The translations under genes and the position numbers were made by a program. From an uncultured beta proteobacterium (GTDB lineage: Bacteria; Pseudomonadota; Gammaproteobacteria; Burkholderiales; Burkholderiaceae_C): 64,000 nt of DNA. The stretch covers positions 2,316 to 66,315 of the forward strand of contig CAJBBZ010000191.1 in the NCBI GenBank assembly GCA_903951445.1. The letters are read 5' to 3'. The notes under the pieces are model-generated. The model worked only from the letters and a program-made list of their open reading frames with translations, was not told where the DNA came from and did not search any database. Numbering within the stretch: the stretch's first letter is position 1; every line of letters begins with the position of its first letter. Of this stretch, positions 10,033-19,782 are shown in pieces.

Positions 10033-11403
10033 ATGTCGACTTCAGAAACCATGCCATCCCTTACCGACCTAGAACTCAAAGCCCGTTTCCCCCATGATTT
10101 TGTATGGGGCGTGGCTACCAGCGCCTTCCAAATTGAAGGCACCAACACCGCCGATGGCCGTGGCCCGTCTATCTGGGACACTTTTTGCGCCAAGCCCGGC
10201 ACCATCGCCGATAGCACTGACGGCAGCCGCGCGTGCGAGCATTACCAGCGCTGGCAATCCGACCTCGATTTGATCGCCAAGCTGGGCGTCAACACCTACC
10301 GCTTTTCCGTGGCCTGGCCGCGCGTACAGCCCTTGGGCAGTGGCGCTTGGAACAGCCAGGGCTTGGACTTCTATGAGCGCCTGGTCGATGGCATGCTGGA
10401 GCGCGGCCTGGCGCCATACCTCACGCTTAACCACTGGGATTTGCCCCAAGCCTTGCAAGACCAGGGTGGCTGGGCCAACCGGGATATTTGCCATCGTTTT
10501 GTCGAGTACGCCCTGGGCATGCACCAGCGTCTGGGCGACCGCGTGGCTTCGATTGCCACCCACAACGAGCCCTGGGTCATGGCCATACTGGGCTATGAAA
10601 CTGGCATTTTTGCGCCCGGCATCAAAGAGCGCGGCATCGCCATGCAAGCGGCCCACCATTTACTGCTGAGCCATGGCATGGCCGTGCGCGCCTTGCGCGA
10701 GGTTGGCTGCAAAGCCGAGCTAGGCATTGTGCTCAACCTCTCGCCCATCCACGCCGCCACCGATAGTGCGGCGGACCTGGCCAAAGCCAGGTTGGACGAT
10801 GGCCGCCTGGTACGCTGGTTCATGGACCCACTGTACAAAGCCAGCTATCCGCAAGACATATTGGATCACCTGGGTGCTGACGGGCCGCCGGTGCAAGAAG
10901 GCGACATGGAGATCATCGCCACGCCCATCGACTTTATGGGCATCAACTATTACTCGCGTACCGTGGTGCGCGCAGAAGGCAGTTACGACGTGCACAGCAG
11001 CGGCCTGGAAGTGACGGAAATGGACTGGGAGGTGTATCCCCAGGGCCTGACCGAGTTGCTCGTACGCTTGCACCAGGACTACCCGGTGCCTTCGCTGCTG
11101 ATCACCGAAAACGGCGGCGCATTTAAAGACCCGATGGTCAATGGCCAGGTGCATGACGCTGACCGCGTGCGCTACTTGCAAACGCATATTGAAGCGGTAC
11201 ACCAGGCCATGCAACAAGGCGTGCCCATGAAGGGCTATATGGTCTGGAGCCTGATGGACAACTTCGAATGGGCTTCGGGCTATGCCAAGCGCTTTGGCAT
11301 TGTGTATGTGGACTACGAAACCCAGCAGCGCACGCTCAAAGACAGCGCCAAGTGGTACCGCGATTTTCTGGCCGGTCAGGCCCAGGCGCAGCGCGCCGCC
11401 TGA
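10033..11403 (+). CDS. GH1 beta-glucosidase (cytoplasmic)
   Basis: 456 aa, no signal peptide. GH1 motifs FVWGVATSAFQIEG, THNEPW (acid/base) and ITENGGAF (nucleophile). Confidence 0.92.
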   Translation: MSTSETMPSLTDLELKARFPHDFVWGVATSAFQIEGTNTADGRGPSIWDTFCAKPGTIADSTDGSRACEHYQRWQSDLDLIAKLGVNTYRFSVAWPRVQPLGSGAWNSQGLDFYERLVDGMLERGLAPYLTLNHWDLPQALQDQGGWANRDICHRFVEYALGMHQRLGDRVASIATHNEPWVMAILGYETGIFAPGIKERGIAMQAAHHLLLSHGMAVRALREVGCKAELGIVLNLSPIHAATDSAADLAKARLDDGRLVRWFMDPLYKASYPQDILDHLGADGPPVQEGDMEIIATPIDFMGINYYSRTVVRAEGSYDVHSSGLEVTEMDWEVYPQGLTELLVRLHQDYPVPSLLITENGGAFKDPMVNGQVHDADRVRYLQTHIEAVHQAMQQGVPMKGYMVWSLMDNFEWASGYAKRFGIVYVDYETQQRTLKDSAKWYRDFLAGQAQAQRAA

Positions 11404-11432
11404 TAACGCCTACCCCAACAAGGAACACACCC

Positions 11433-12485
<1,053 letters not shown>

Positions 12486-12598
12486 AGTCTGCCCGCTACA
12501 GACGGTGCGTTTTCCTGCCTGCCGTTGGTACCCGGCCAGGCTGCGGGTGGCTTCAGAGTCAGCTGTTTTTGTGTGCTGAATTTGCGTGCGCGTTGCGC

Positions 12599-13942
12599 CT
12601 AGGGCATTTGCACATACGTAGCTATCGCATGCGCCGCAAGCTCAGTGGCGTAGTTTTGGCCGCACCAGTGCAGGTCAAAAGCAATCGCCGTATCGCTGCG
12701 GTTGCACACCACCACGGCAATCGATCCATCGGTGTTGAGAAAGCCGCAACACTCCAGCGCTTCGCGCGTGGCGGCGCACAAAATGCGTTTGGCACCGGGC
12801 CGGATAAAGCGCGAAAAATGTCCCAGGTAGTGGTACGAACTTTGGTAATCCAACACGCCGGTTTTCGGATCCGCCAATATCGGCGCACTGCACAAATTGC
12901 CCGCGTGGTTGGGGCCGCCGGTATCGTCGAGTAGCAGGTTCCAATCGATCCAACCCACGGTCCAGCGGTTTAGGTCGTTGATGATGGAGCGCGCATAGCG
13001 CTCGCCCACCGCCCATTCGCCGGTATGCGGCCCGCCCTCCTGGCAGCCTTCGGTAAACAGCAAGTGTTTATCGGGCCAGGCATCGTGCAGCATTTGTACA
13101 TGCTCAAAATGGTCTTCCACATACCAATGAAAACCCGTGCCCCAGATGTATTGCGCCGCTTGCGGGTCGCTTAGCACGCAGTCTGCGCGCTCGACCATGC
13201 GGTCGCGGTTATGGTCCCAAATCACGATGCGCACATGCCCTAAGCCCGCTGCTGCCAACGTGGGCCCCAGGTGGTCGCGTACAAAATCGCGCTCCTCTTC
13301 GGCGGTGTAAATACAGCTGTCCCAGGTCTGCACCGCCTCGGGCTCGTTTTGCACCGACACGCCCCACACCGGCACGCCTTCCGCCTCATAAGCGCGGATG
13401 AACTCCACAAAACAACGCGCCCAGGCCGCGCGGTACTGCGCCAGCAAATACCCGCCACCGTTCATCTGCCCATTGCTTTTCATCCAGGCCGGCGGGCTCC
13501 AGGGCGACACCATCAATTGCAGTGTGCGCCCGGCCACCTGCTGCGCCGCCTGAATCATCGGCAGCAAGGCCACGCGGTCACGGTCGATGCTAAAGCTGTG
13601 CAATTCCACATCGCCCGCCGTCTCCACATGCGCATAGTTGCCCAGCGAAAAATCGCAGCTATTCATATGCACCCGGCAAAAGGTGTAGCCGTGGCCCTGC
13701 ACTGGGTCAAAGTAAGCGCGCAGCACTTCCTGCTGCTGCGCTAGCGGCAGCTTCTTCCAGGTGGTGGCCGCTGATTCGGTGAATGCGCCGCCAAAGCCTT
13801 CCAGGGTTTGGAAGGTTTTGGTGGGGTTGATGTAGAGCGATGGTCCGCCACCCATGCCCCGGTAGCCAAGCAAAGGCGCTTGTTCTACCAGTTGGGACGC
13901 CGCATCCTGCTTGCTAAGGTAATGACGGATCATGCTTTTCAC
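12599..13942 (-). CDS. GH30 glycoside hydrolase (glucosylceramidase-like; candidate beta-1,6-glucosidase), cytoplasmic
   Basis: 447 aa, no signal peptide. FGGAFTESAA, VSVQNEPE and LLFTEGC motifs are typical of GH30. Confidence 0.82.
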   Translation of the reverse strand: MKSMIRHYLSKQDAASQLVEQAPLLGYRGMGGGPSLYINPTKTFQTLEGFGGAFTESAATTWKKLPLAQQQEVLRAYFDPVQGHGYTFCRVHMNSCDFSLGNYAHVETAGDVELHSFSIDRDRVALLPMIQAAQQVAGRTLQLMVSPWSPPAWMKSNGQMNGGGYLLAQYRAAWARCFVEFIRAYEAEGVPVWGVSVQNEPEAVQTWDSCIYTAEEERDFVRDHLGPTLAAAGLGHVRIVIWDHNRDRMVERADCVLSDPQAAQYIWGTGFHWYVEDHFEHVQMLHDAWPDKHLLFTEGCQEGGPHTGEWAVGERYARSIINDLNRWTVGWIDWNLLLDDTGGPNHAGNLCSAPILADPKTGVLDYQSSYHYLGHFSRFIRPGAKRILCAATREALECCGFLNTDGSIAVVVCNRSDTAIAFDLHWCGQNYATELAAHAIATYVQMP

Positions 13943-13978
13943 CCAAGTCCCTTTTTCTTCAAGAGGCTGGGTGTTGGC

Positions 13979-15775
13979 TTATTTGGACCAGTAAATATTG
14001 TCGATATAAATCTTGGTGTTGGTGGCGCTGGCTTGGTTATTTCCGGTTTTGCCAAAGCGATCCGCGATCACGAACGGGTTGCTCACTTTGCTCAGATCAA
14101 AAACCGATGTGGCGGAGCCCTCGTTGCCAGAGCCTTTGTTACCAGAGGGTTTGATATCCCGAATTGGAATGGTGACCGTGTGCCAATTGCCATCATTCAC
14201 ATAGCCGTAACTGCCGCTTACTAGAGGCATGTAAACGTCATAGCCCGATGCGCCGCTGCCGGTGTAAAAACCAACTTCCAGTTTGCCCGGGTAGCTCGTC
14301 TTGATGCTGAAGTTCAAATTACCTGTCGCTTCGTAGGCGCTGAGATTTGCGATCACCGTGCCATTGCCGGGTGCTATCAAAAGCCCCCAACCCCAGGATT
14401 TCGGAACGGGTTTGACCACCAGCCCATTGGCACTGTCGCCGGGTGCGCCGGTGACGCGCACGCCAGCGTCTTCTTCGCCGCCAAAGGCGGTTGGCGGGTT
14501 GTCCCAACCGAACAGGTCTGCGCCTGTCGCCACTGCCGCTGAGGCACCGGTGGGAACACTATCGGCATACACGGTAAAGCGCGAACCGCTTACAACGGCC
14601 TGACTCACATCCGGTGCGTACAAGGCGTCCGTCGCGGCATAGGTGCCGGTCTCATGTACATATCCCTGTGCTTTGGGGTACAGGCTTTGGACCACGTAAC
14701 GCGCCTGCCGGCTCTTATTGAAAAGCCCCCATTTGTCGTCTTCACCTTTCCAATCCTCGTCAAAGGCTGCGAAATAGAAAATAGATTTGGGCCCGCCCTG
14801 GCCGGCGCGCATTTCGTTGGTCCAAGTTTGCAGCCTGTCGAAATACATTTTCTGGTTCACCGGATGGGCGCGGTTGAACTCGCCATCGGAGGCTACGGCC
14901 TTCCAACCGGTTTCGCCGATGAGGATCGGCATCTTGGAAAAACCCTGGCTGTCAAGGTAGGCGCGCACTGAGGCGTGCTGCGCACGTGCGGCAGCAATAG
15001 CGGCGTCCATCATGGCGGTGGCCCGCGAGAGTCCCGCTGTCACACCCAACTGCTGCCAGTCCCAAGTCGCTGGTGGATGGATGGTTTCGGCCAAGGGGTA
15101 GGTGTGCATCGCCACGAAGTCGATCACGTCCAGCACCGCGCGCGGGTTCTGATCCTGTTCGTTGGTTTTTGCAAAAAATGCCCAGTTGTCATCGGTGGTA
15201 ACTGGCTGTGTGACTTGGCTGCGCACACTTTTGATGTACGCGGCCATTTGCGCTACCGTCAATCGATTGAAAGACCAATTGACCATGGTCTCATTGCCCA
15301 CGCTGACGGCAAGCACGATGTCGCTGTATTGCTTGGCAAGCGCCACGCCCCTGACAATTTCTGCCTGGTTGAATGCGTCATTGCCGCTGGCAATCCAGAC
15401 ACCCAGCATGACCTTGATATCCAGGTTGTTGTCGCGAATCACTTTCAGTGTTTGCTTAGCCACTTTGTCGGAGCTGTCAAACAAGCGGATCAGCTTGAAA
15501 TTGCCCGCCACCATCAGGTCCAGGTCCTGCTTGATCATGGCTTCAGTAATCGTTTCATTGGCACGGTCTGATTCCACTTGGGAAGTTCGGTAGGGCGCGT
15601 AGTTGACGGCATTGCGCGTCGACACTTCTGCGCTGAGCAGCCGCTGCGTAACGCCCGTCACCACAACACCGCCGCCACCGCAGGAAGCCAGTAGCGCGCT
15701 GAAGATCAGAGTTGCTGCGGTGCGCAGCCAGAAAGCGCGTCGCGCAGATGCCGAAAAAAGTGGTGAAAATTTCAT
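13979..15775 (-). CDS. GH17 beta-1,3-glucanase/transglycosylase lipoprotein with C-terminal beta-sandwich (CBM-like) module
   Basis: Lipobox LLASC-GGGG. GH17 motifs VSVGNETMVNW and LIGETGWKA. A ~200-aa C-terminal extension ends ...KIYIDNIYWSK. Confidence 0.75.
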   Translation of the reverse strand: MKFSPLFSASARRAFWLRTAATLIFSALLASCGGGGVVVTGVTQRLLSAEVSTRNAVNYAPYRTSQVESDRANETITEAMIKQDLDLMVAGNFKLIRLFDSSDKVAKQTLKVIRDNNLDIKVMLGVWIASGNDAFNQAEIVRGVALAKQYSDIVLAVSVGNETMVNWSFNRLTVAQMAAYIKSVRSQVTQPVTTDDNWAFFAKTNEQDQNPRAVLDVIDFVAMHTYPLAETIHPPATWDWQQLGVTAGLSRATAMMDAAIAAARAQHASVRAYLDSQGFSKMPILIGETGWKAVASDGEFNRAHPVNQKMYFDRLQTWTNEMRAGQGGPKSIFYFAAFDEDWKGEDDKWGLFNKSRQARYVVQSLYPKAQGYVHETGTYAATDALYAPDVSQAVVSGSRFTVYADSVPTGASAAVATGADLFGWDNPPTAFGGEEDAGVRVTGAPGDSANGLVVKPVPKSWGWGLLIAPGNGTVIANLSAYEATGNLNFSIKTSYPGKLEVGFYTGSGASGYDVYMPLVSGSYGYVNDGNWHTVTIPIRDIKPSGNKGSGNEGSATSVFDLSKVSNPFVIADRFGKTGNNQASATNTKIYIDNIYWSK

Positions 15776-15799
15776 GGGTAAACCTTTGGCTCTTGAGCC

Positions 15800-17185
15800 T
15801 TAAAACGTGTAAACCACACCCGCGCCAAACCAATTGCCGTCCTGGGTCACGCGCGAGTCAACGCCCCAGAACGCGTTATTGCCTGGCATGGACATAGGCG
15901 ACAGGCCGATGCGGCCAAAGTGGCTCATTCCGGCAAAGCCATAGAACTGGATACCTTGCCCATAGTCGTAGTTCAGGCCCACGGTGGCAGCGGTGGCGTC
16001 GTTACTCTGGCCTCGCTCTGTTGGGTTGCTGGTGCTGGCGGTGCCCAGGTAAATCAGACCCACCGAGGCGGTCCAGGGGCCGGTGCGATAGCGGGCACCG
16101 GCACTCAGGTCCACCGAGCTGGCCGCATAGCCGGGATTGGCCACGCCGCCCACATTGGTGTCCCAGGCCACGTTAAACATATTGTTCCAAAGCCCTTGCG
16201 CCCCGGTCGATAGCTGAATCGCCCGCATGCCGCTCCAGCGGTTGGCACGCACGCCGCCCGATAGCTCAATTTGCGATGTCAGTTGGTAACGCGCCACTGC
16301 CATCGCCATGCTTTGCTCGGCCCCGCTCGTGAGCAAGCTGTCATCGGCGGCTGAATCGGTCAAGCCGCTGAAAGGTGCGTGGCCCCAAGCCAAGGGTTTG
16401 CCGTTTTTAGCGTTTTGGTACACCGCATCCACTACCAAGGCGCCTTGGTGGTACTGCGCATACAGCTCAATGAGCAAAGGCTTGTTTTTCGTAAACCCGG
16501 TGTTACCCTGATCGATGGTGGCTTCGAGCACCAGGTCGCCATTCATCACATCCAAGGGGCGCGTAGTAACGCGGATGGCATTGCCCAGCATCCCGTAGCC
16601 AGCGCCGCTGCCGCCCCATTCGTTGGCCAAGCCGATATTGGTGCCGTAGGGATAGTCGGCTACCGCCCAGCCGCGTGCTGTCATGCTGCCGTATGCGACA
16701 CGGCCATAGTCCTCGTGGCTGATGGCGACGTTTTTCTCATACACGGTTTGTTGGTTCCACGTCTTGCTGTAGTTGTATTCCAGATCGAGATCAATCGCCG
16801 TTAAGGCATTAGGCAGATTGCTGGATGAGCCGCGCCAGCGCTGGCTTAGTAACCCGGTGGCGGTAAAGCCGTTGCCAAGGTTGTATTTGGCGCCAAACCA
16901 AGGCTGGAACATCACCGTGGTCTCGCCCATGGTCTTGTACTCTTTACCGTTGACCAGTTCGTCGGCCCAAATGCGATCCTTGGGCTCACCCGGCAGGAGC
17001 GCGCATTTATCGCACTTGTTAGCTTTCATCGCGACCTCCATCTTGGCAAAGCCGGTCAGGCTGAACATGCCGTCAGGTCCGAAATCAATCGCATAGCTAG
17101 AAGCAGACAAACTAAGTAGCGCACTGGCCAGGGCCAGTTGCATGCCGCTGGGGTGCTTGAGTAGGGGTTTGCTTGGAAGGCTCAT
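15800..17185 (-). CDS. Outer-membrane beta-barrel porin (candidate glucan-oligosaccharide channel)
   Basis: Signal peptide (MQLALASALLSLSASSYA-IDF if the start is at 17143). Alternating amphipathic strands rich in G/Y/N. C-terminal ...GAGVVYTF with terminal Phe. Confidence 0.7.
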   Translation of the reverse strand: MSLPSKPLLKHPSGMQLALASALLSLSASSYAIDFGPDGMFSLTGFAKMEVAMKANKCDKCALLPGEPKDRIWADELVNGKEYKTMGETTVMFQPWFGAKYNLGNGFTATGLLSQRWRGSSSNLPNALTAIDLDLEYNYSKTWNQQTVYEKNVAISHEDYGRVAYGSMTARGWAVADYPYGTNIGLANEWGGSGAGYGMLGNAIRVTTRPLDVMNGDLVLEATIDQGNTGFTKNKPLLIELYAQYHQGALVVDAVYQNAKNGKPLAWGHAPFSGLTDSAADDSLLTSGAEQSMAMAVARYQLTSQIELSGGVRANRWSGMRAIQLSTGAQGLWNNMFNVAWDTNVGGVANPGYAASSVDLSAGARYRTGPWTASVGLIYLGTASTSNPTERGQSNDATAATVGLNYDYGQGIQFYGFAGMSHFGRIGLSPMSMPGNNAFWGVDSRVTQDGNWFGAGVVYTF

Positions 17186-17207
17186 AGTATTAGTGTGCCA
17201 AAATGTA

Positions 17208-17221
17208 TGAAAGCGCTTTCA
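17208..17221. promoter_or_regulatory. LacI-family operator TGAAAGCGCTTTCA (porin/GH17/GH30 side)
   Basis: Exact palindrome 23 nt upstream of the porin ORF start. Confidence 0.75.
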
Positions 17222-17259
17222 TTGTAATTGCATGCTGCGCTTTTCGGGGTGATCTACAA

Positions 17260-17273
17260 CCTAGGGTTTCCCC
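17260..17273 (-). promoter_or_regulatory. Conserved box B (GGGGAAACCCTAGG on the minus strand)
   Basis: Same box as at 6807, 17331 and 21766. Oriented toward the minus-strand porin operon, 38 nt upstream of its operator. Confidence 0.45.
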
Positions 17274-17330
17274 TTGGTTGCGGCAAAAAGTTGCCCGTAT
17301 TTGAGGCTGCTTCAGGCGCCGTCAAACCTA

Positions 17331-17344
17331 TGGAAAACCCTAGC
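17331..17344 (+). promoter_or_regulatory. Conserved box C (TGGAAAACCCTAGC)
   Basis: Same box, oriented toward the GH81 gene, 10 nt upstream of the operator at 17355. Confidence 0.4.
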
Positions 17345-17354
17345 CTCACAAAGA

Positions 17355-17368
17355 TGAAAGCGCTTTCA
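17355..17368. promoter_or_regulatory. LacI-family operator TGAAAGCGCTTTCA (GH81 side)
   Basis: Exact palindrome ~65 nt upstream of the GH81 start. Confidence 0.75.
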
Positions 17369-17432
17369 TAATCCGTACAGTAAAAACCCATCGTTGGCTA
17401 AGCCCGCGCGCTCGCCCGTAACAGGAACCTCC

Positions 17433-19697
17433 ATGCCCGCTATCCGACCTTTGTGCCTTGCTTTTCTTTGCACCTGTGCCGCCTCTTTTGCTGTGCAAGC
17501 GCAAACCGTGAAAGCTGGCGCTGGCGCTTACACCCTCGCCCCCAAGGCGGCGGACCGGGTGGTGCCTGAAGCGCCATACCGTACGCCAGCGATGCTTAAG
17601 CGCGCTGCGCCCAGCAACCAGTGGTATTCGGCGCTTGCCTATGCGGCCAAGCCCGAAGTCTTGTTTGCCCACCCCTTAACCATTTTTCCCACCAGCGCGG
17701 GCATTGAGTTTGCGCTGCCCAGCAAAACCGTGGTGCCCACAGAGCGGCGCGATGTGGAAATCCACTACCCCCACCAAGACGGCTTGCTGCTTTCGCCCAC
17801 AGGCGTCACCTTAGAGCGGCCCAAGCTAGCCAATGCCAGCGACTGGGCCATCGACATCGCCTGGGGCCCCAATGATGCGGCCATGACGGCGACGGTTGCG
17901 CACGGCAGCCCCTTTGTATCGCTGCAAATTCCCAGAGGCAATGTGCGCCTGCAATTGCCCGCTGCCGCAAGCCGCGTGCCGCATGCCGATGCACGCGTCT
18001 TGGCCTTGCGCCTCAAGGGCAAGTCGTATGCCTTGTTTGGCCCCAGCGGCGTGCGCTGGGAACAAGTTTCGGGCACCGAATGGATAGGCCACTTGCCCGA
18101 GGGCAAAGGCTATGCCTCAGCCGCTGCGCTCCCCGATGACAGCGCCGCCACACTGGACCTGTTTACCCGCCATGCCTATGCGTTTTTGCAAGACACGCGG
18201 GTGGACTGGCAGTTTGACGAAGCCGCCAGCCGCATACGCAGCACTTTTGTTGCCACGGCGCGCAGCATGGAAGGGCCGGATGTGCCGCCGCTGCTAGGTT
18301 TATTCCCGCACCAGTGGCACAACAACAGCACCTTGCAAGGTAAGACCGGCCCGGCTTTTGACAGCCTGCGCGGCCCTATCCAACTACTGGCTGCAAACCA
18401 ATTTGAGGTGAACCGCACGTACAACGGTTTCGTGCCTTTTTGGCCCGGCCTGCCCGAACAAACGCGCAGCGCCGAACTGCGCGATTTGATGAAAACCGAT
18501 GTGCGCAACGCCCGGCGCATGATGCTGGAAATCGGCGTCGGCCCCTATTGGCAAGGCAAAGGCTTGCAGCGCATCTCCAAACTCATGGATGTGGTCGAAC
18601 AACAAGGCGACCTGGAGGCGCGCGACCAGTTGCTCAAGCACATGAAAACCCGTATCGAGCAATGGTTCTCCGGCAAGGACAGCAAAACCTATTTTCACTA
18701 CGACAAAGCGCAGGGCACGGTAGCGTCCTACCCCGAAGAATATTTCGCGGTCGAGCAAATGAACGACCACCATTTCCACTACGGTTACTGGATACGCACC
18801 ATGGCCGAAATCGCACTGCGCGATCCGCAATGGGCGTCTAAAGCGCAGTGGGGCGGCATGGTCGATGTGCTGATCGCCGACATCGCCACCACGCGGCGGG
18901 GCGCGGCTGATTTTCCGTTTTTGCGCAACTTTGACCAGTACGAAGGCCACTCCTGGGCGTCGGGCATTGGCTTGGGGCCTTTTGGTAATAACCAAGAGTC
19001 CTCCTCCGAAGCGGTCAACGCCTGGGTGGGGCTGATTTTGTGGGCCGAAGTTACCGGCGACAAAGCCTTGCGCGATTTGGGCATTTACCTTTACACGTCG
19101 GAAATCGAGGCTATCAATTACTACTGGTTTGACATCCACCGCCTGGTCTTCCCGCCCGAATACAAAAACGTAGAAACCAGCATGCTGTTTGGCGGTAAAT
19201 ACGCCCACAACACCTGGTGGATCGACGAGCCGCGCCAGATCAAGGGCATCAATCTACTTCCCATCACCACCGCGTCCACCTACCTGGGGCGGGATGCGGA
19301 TTTTGTTAAACGCAGCCTAGCCACCCTCAAACCCGAAACCGAGGTCTTTGCCTCGCGCGGCAAAGTCGCCAAGCCCATCGACATTTGGCAAGACCTGTTT
19401 GCCAAATACATGGCCACTGCCGACCCGCAGGCCGCGCTGGCCATGTGGGACCGCTGGGGCTCCTTTGAGCTGGGCGACACCCGCAGCCACGCACTGCACT
19501 GGATGCTAAGCCTGCAAACCATGGGCACACCGGACTTTGAAACCACTGCCAACACCACTCTTTACAGCGTGTTCAAGCGCGCAGATGGTGGCAAAACCTA
19601 CCTGGCCTACAACCCGGGCGCGCAGCCACTGACGGTGCTGTTTAGCGACGGCAAAAGCTTGCAAGTGGCGCCGCGTACTTTGGGGCGAATCCAGTAG
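17433..19697 (+). CDS. GH81 endo-beta-1,3-glucanase, secreted
   Basis: ATG at 17433 follows AGGAA. Signal peptide MPAIRPLCLAFLCTCAASFAVQA-QT. GH81 motifs MNDHHFHYGYWIRT and GNNQESSSEAVNAW. Confidence 0.85.
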   Translation: MPAIRPLCLAFLCTCAASFAVQAQTVKAGAGAYTLAPKAADRVVPEAPYRTPAMLKRAAPSNQWYSALAYAAKPEVLFAHPLTIFPTSAGIEFALPSKTVVPTERRDVEIHYPHQDGLLLSPTGVTLERPKLANASDWAIDIAWGPNDAAMTATVAHGSPFVSLQIPRGNVRLQLPAAASRVPHADARVLALRLKGKSYALFGPSGVRWEQVSGTEWIGHLPEGKGYASAAALPDDSAATLDLFTRHAYAFLQDTRVDWQFDEAASRIRSTFVATARSMEGPDVPPLLGLFPHQWHNNSTLQGKTGPAFDSLRGPIQLLAANQFEVNRTYNGFVPFWPGLPEQTRSAELRDLMKTDVRNARRMMLEIGVGPYWQGKGLQRISKLMDVVEQQGDLEARDQLLKHMKTRIEQWFSGKDSKTYFHYDKAQGTVASYPEEYFAVEQMNDHHFHYGYWIRTMAEIALRDPQWASKAQWGGMVDVLIADIATTRRGAADFPFLRNFDQYEGHSWASGIGLGPFGNNQESSSEAVNAWVGLILWAEVTGDKALRDLGIYLYTSEIEAINYYWFDIHRLVFPPEYKNVETSMLFGGKYAHNTWWIDEPRQIKGINLLPITTASTYLGRDADFVKRSLATLKPETEVFASRGKVAKPIDIWQDLFAKYMATADPQAALAMWDRWGSFELGDTRSHALHWMLSLQTMGTPDFETTANTTLYSVFKRADGGKTYLAYNPGAQPLTVLFSDGKSLQVAPRTLGRIQ

Positions 19698-19711
19698 TTC
19701 GCCAGGCCATC

Positions 19712-19737
19712 GGGGGCTGGACCAAGCCCCCTTTCTT
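19712..19737 (+). terminator. Intrinsic terminator-like hairpin after the GH81 gene
   Basis: GGGGGCT-ggacca-AGCCCCC followed by TTTCTT. Confidence 0.5.
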
Positions 19738-19782
19738 AACTGTCAGCGGGGCAGTCCATCCAACCTATCACGAAATCATGTA

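Noticed and set aside
11268-11432. Upstream extension of the ABC ATPase ORF overlapping the 3' end of the GH1 gene.
   Set aside because: The extension overlaps GH1 coding sequence. The ATG at 11433, with AGGAA upstream, gives the canonical MalK-like N-terminus.
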